Origin: Eledone cirrhosa
Lineage: Eukaryota
Direction: 5' to 3'
Assembly (NCBI GenBank): GCA_964016885.1
Contig: OZ024740.1
Location: forward strand, 418,562,001 to 418,626,000
DNA: 64,000 nucleotides
A program made the position numbers and the translations under genes. The notes below the pieces were generated by a model, which did no database searches, was not told the origin of the DNA, and saw nothing but the letters and a program-made list of their open reading frames with translations. Each line of letters starts with the position of its first letter. Within the stretch, counting starts at the first letter, position 1. Positions 58,391 to 64,000 of the stretch are shown here, piece by piece.

Positions 58391-61300
58391 TACAGGTATG
58401 GCTGTATATATATATACAGGTATTACTGTATATATGTACAGGTATGGTTGTGTATATATATACAGGTATTACTGTATATGTACAGGTATGGTTGTATATA
58501 TATATACAGGTATTACTGTATATATACAGGTATGGTTGTGTATATGTACAGGTATTACTGCATATATATACAGGTATTACTGTATATATATACAGGTATT
58601 ACTGTATATATATGTATAGGTATTACTGTATATATATACAGGTATTACTGTATATATATACATATACAGGTATTACTGTATATATATACAGGTATTACTG
58701 TATATATATGTACAGGTATTACTGTATATATATACAGGTATTACTGTATATATATATACAGGTATTACTGCATATATATACAGGTATTACTGTATATATG
58801 TATACAGGTATTACTGTATATATATATACAGGTATTACTGTATATATATACAGGTATTACTGTATATATATACAGGAATTACTGCATATATGTACAGGTA
58901 TTACTGTATATATATATATACAGGTATTACTGTATGTATATACAGGTATTACTGTATATATATATACAGGTATTACTGTATATATATATACATGTATTAC
59001 TGTATATATGTACAGGTATTACTGTATGTATATACAGGTATTACTGTATGTATATATATACAGGTATTACTGTATATATATACAGGTATTACTGTATGTA
59101 TATACAGGTATTACTGTATATATATGTACAGGTATTACTGTATATATATATACAGGTATTACTGTATATATATATACAGGTATTACTGTATATATATATA
59201 CAGGTATTACTGTATATATATATACAGGTATTACTGTATATATATGTACAGGCATTACTGTATATGTATATATACAGGTATTACTGTATATATATATACA
59301 GGAATTACTGTATATATATATGTACAGGTATTACTGTATATATATACAGGTATTACTGTATATATATATACAGGTATTACTGTATATATATGTACAGTAA
59401 TACCTGTATATATATATACAGTAATACCTGCATATATATACAGGTATTACTGTATGTATATACAGGAATTACTGTATATATATATACAGGTATTACTGTA
59501 TCTGTACAGGTATTACTGTATATATATATACAGGTATTACTGTATATATATGTACAGGTATTACTGTATATATATATATACAGGTATTACGGTATATATA
59601 TATACAGGTATTACTGTATATATATATACAGGTATTACTGTATATATATATACAGGTATTACTGTATATATGTACAGGTATTACAGTATATATATACAGG
59701 TATTACTGTATATATATATACAGGTATTACTGTATATATATATACAGGTATTATTGTATATATATGTACAGGTATTACTGTATATATATATACAGGTATT
59801 ACTGTATATATGTACAGGTATTACTGTATATATATATACAGTAATACCTGTATATATATATACAGTAATACCTGCATATATATACAGGTATTACTGTATG
59901 TATATACAGGAATTACTGTATATATATATACAGGTATTACTGTATCTGTACAGGTATTACTGTATATATATATACAGGTATTACTGTATATATATGTACA
60001 GGTATTACTGTATATATATATATATACAGGTATTACGGTATATATATATACAGGTATTACTGTATATATATATACAGGTATTACTGTATATATATATACA
60101 GGTATTACTGTATATATATGTACAGGTATTACTGTATATATGTACAGGTATTACAGTATATATATACAGGTATTACTGTATATATATATACAGGTATTAT
60201 TGTATATATATGTACAGGTATTACTGTATATATATGTACAGGTATTACTGTATATATGTACAGGTATTACAGTATATATATACAGGTATTACTGTATATA
60301 TATATACAGGTATTACTGTATATATATATACAGGTATTACAGTATATATATACAGGTATTACTGTATATATATATACAGGTATTACTGTATATATGTACA
60401 GGTATTACAGTATATATATATACAGGTATAACTGTATATATATATACAGGTATTACTGTATATATATATACAGGTATTACTGTATATATATGTACAGGTA
60501 TTACTGTATATATATATATACAGGTATTACTGTATATATATATACAGGTATTACTGTATATATATATATACAGGTATTACTGTATATATATATATACAGG
60601 TATTACTGTATATATATATACAGGTATTACTGTATATATGTACAGGTATTACAGTATATATATACAGGTATTACAGTATATATATACAGGTATTACTGTA
60701 TATATATATACAGGTATTACTGTATATATATATATACAGGTATTACTGTATATATATGTACAGGTATTACTGTATATATATACAGGTATTACTGTATATA
60801 TATATACAGGTATTACTGTATATATATATACAGGTATTACTGTATATATATATATATACAGGTATTACTGTATATATATATACAGGTATTACTGTATATA
60901 TATACAGGTATTACTGTATATATATACAGTAATACCTGTATATATATGTACAGGTATTACTGTATATATATACAGGTATTACTGTATGTATATACAGGTA
61001 TTACTGTATATATGTGTACAGGTATTACTGTATATATATGTACAGGTTTTACTGTATATATGTGTACAGGTATAACTGTATATATATATACAGGTATTAC
61101 TGTATATATATACAGGTATTACTGTATATATATACAGGTATTACTGTATATATATATACAGGTATTACTGTATATATATACAGGTATTACTGAATGTATA
61201 TACAGGTATTACTGTATGTATATACAGGTATTACTGTATGTATATACAGGTATTACTGTATATATATATACAGGTATTACTGTATATATGTACAGGAATT

Positions 61301-64000
61301 ACTGTATATATGTACAGGAATTACTGTATATATGTACAGGAATTACTGTATATATATACAGGTATTACTGTATATATATATACAGGTATTACTGTATGTA
61401 TATACAGGTATTACTGTATATATATATATACAGGTATTACTGTATATATATATACAGGTATTACTGTAATATATATACAGGTATTACTGTATATATATAC
61501 AGGTATTACTGTATGTATATACAGGTATTACTGTATGTATATACAGGTATTACTGTATGTATATACAGGTATTACTGTATGTATATACAGGTATTACTGT
61601 ATATATATATATACAGGTATTACTGTATATATATACAGCTATTACTGTATATATATATACAGGTATTACTGTATATATATATATACAGGTATTACTGTAT
61701 ATATATGTACAGGTATTACTGTATATATATGTACAGGCATTACTGTATATGTATATATACAGGTATTACTGTATATATATATACAGGAATTACTGTATAT
61801 ATATATGTACAGGAATTACTGTATATATATACAGGTATTACTGTATATATATATATACAGGTATTACTGTATATATATATATATACAGGTATTACTGTAT
61901 ATATATACAGGTATTACTGTATATATATATATACAGTAATACCTGTATATATATACAGGTATTACTGTATATATATATACAGGTATTACTGTATATATAT
62001 ATACAGGTATTACTGTATATATATATATACAGGTATTACTGTATATATATATACAGTAATACCTGTACATATATATATACAGTAATTCCTGTATATATAT
62101 ACAAGTATTACTGTATATATATATACAGGAATTACTGTATATATATGTACAGTAATACCTGTATATATATATACAGTAATACCTGTATATATATATACAG
62201 TAATACCTGCATATATATATACAGTAATACCTGCATATATATACAGGTATTACTGTATGTATATACAGGAATTACTGTATATATATATATACAGGCATTA
62301 CTGTATCTGTACAGGTATTACTGTATATATATATATACAGGAATTACTGTATATATGTACAGGTATTACTGTATATATATACCGGTATTACTGTATATAT
62401 ATATACAGGTATTACTGTATATATATGTACAGGTATTACTGTATATATATACAGGTATTACTGTATATATATATACAAATATTACTGTATATATATACAG
62501 GTATTACTGTATATATATACAGTAATACCTGTATATATATATACAGTAATACCTGTACATATATATATACAGTAATACCTGTATATATATATACAGTAAT
62601 ACCTGTACATATATATACAGTAATACCTGTACATATATATACAGTAATACCTGTATATATATAGAGGTATTACTGTATATATATATACAGGTATTACTGT
62701 ATATATATATATATACAGGTATTACTGTATATATATATACATACAGGTATTATTGTATGTATATACAGGTATTACTGTATATATATATACAGGTATTACT
62801 GTATATATATACAGGTATTACTGTATATATGTACAGGTATTACTGTATATATGTACAGGTATTACTGTATATATGTACAGGTATTACTGTATATATATGT
62901 ACAGGTTTTACTGTATATATATATACAGGTATTACTGTATATATATACAGGTATTACTGTATATATATATACAGGTATTACTGTATATATATATACAGAT
63001 ATTACTGTATATATATACAGGTATTACTGTATATATATACAGGTATTACTGTATGTATATACAGGTATTACTGTATGTATGTACAGGTATTACTGTATAT
63101 ATGTACAGGAATTACTGTATATATATACAGGTATTACTGTATATATATATACAGGTATTACTGTATGTATATACAGGTATTACTGTATATATATATACAG
63201 GTATTACTGTACATATATATACAGGTATTACTGTATATATATACAGGTATTACTGTATATATTTATATACAGGTATTATTGTATATATGTACAGGAATTA
63301 CTGTATATATATACAGGTATTACTGTATATATATACAGGTATTACTGTATGTATATACAGGTATTACTGTATATATATACAGGTATTACTGTATGTATAT
63401 ACAGGTATTACTGTATGTATATACAGGTATTACTGTATGTATATATACAGGTATTACTGTATATATATACAGGTATTACTGTATATATATGTACAGGTAT
63501 TACTGTATATATATACAGGTATTACTGTATATATATACAGGTATTACTGTATGTATATATAGGTATTACTGTATATATATATACAGGTATTACTGTATAT
63601 CTATATACAGGTATTACTGTATATATATACAGGTATTACTGTATATATATACAGGTATTACTGTATATATATATATATATATACAGGTATTACTGTATGT
63701 ATATACAGGTATTACTGTATATATATATATATACAGGTATTACTGTATATATATATATACAGGTATAACTGTATATATATATACAGGTATTACTGTATGT
63801 ATATACAGGTATTACTGTATATATATATATACAGGTATTACTGTATATATATACAGGTATTACTGTATATATATATACAGGTATTACTGTATATATATAT
63901 ACAGGTATTACTGTATATATATATATATACAGGTATAACTGTATATATATATACAGGTATTACTGTATATATATACAGGTATTACTGTATGTATATACAG
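58391..64000. repeat. Hairpin satellite [TACAG-GTATTA-CTGTA-(TA)n], runs past window end
   Basis: Roughly 200+ units of ~20-28 bp; some units read tacag-TAATAC-ctgta. Confidence 0.97.

Noticed and set aside
58362-63938. ORFs up to 900 aa (YTGITV/QVLLY/RYYC) and CRISPR-like regularity
   Set aside because: Satellite translation; inter-repeat segments are (TA)n rather than unique spacers, no cas genes, eukaryotic context

Overview
Eukaryotic, AT-rich, repeat-dominated DNA. The repeat inventory (kb-long (TA)n/(TATG)n tracts, tRNA-derived SINEs with (GAT)n tails, RTE LINEs) resembles a coleoid cephalopod/octopus genome; this is inference. No host protein-coding gene can be read, and nearly all listed ORFs are microsatellite artefacts or LINE fragments. 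Contents: four large copies of one RTE family with a C4HC3 PHD-type finger inside the RT (one copy intact except for a single TGG>TGA), a CR1/L2-type RT fragment, other RTE families, CRE-type RLE fragments, many SINEs, hAT/piggyBac/mariner MITEs, a 530-bp foldback, a minimal hammerhead ribozyme plus relics, and a 200-N gap. There is a CpG-rich promoter/first-exon candidate and microexon candidates on the minus strand. The window ends in a >5.6-kb satellite of hairpin units whose 6-bp loop occurs in both orientations.
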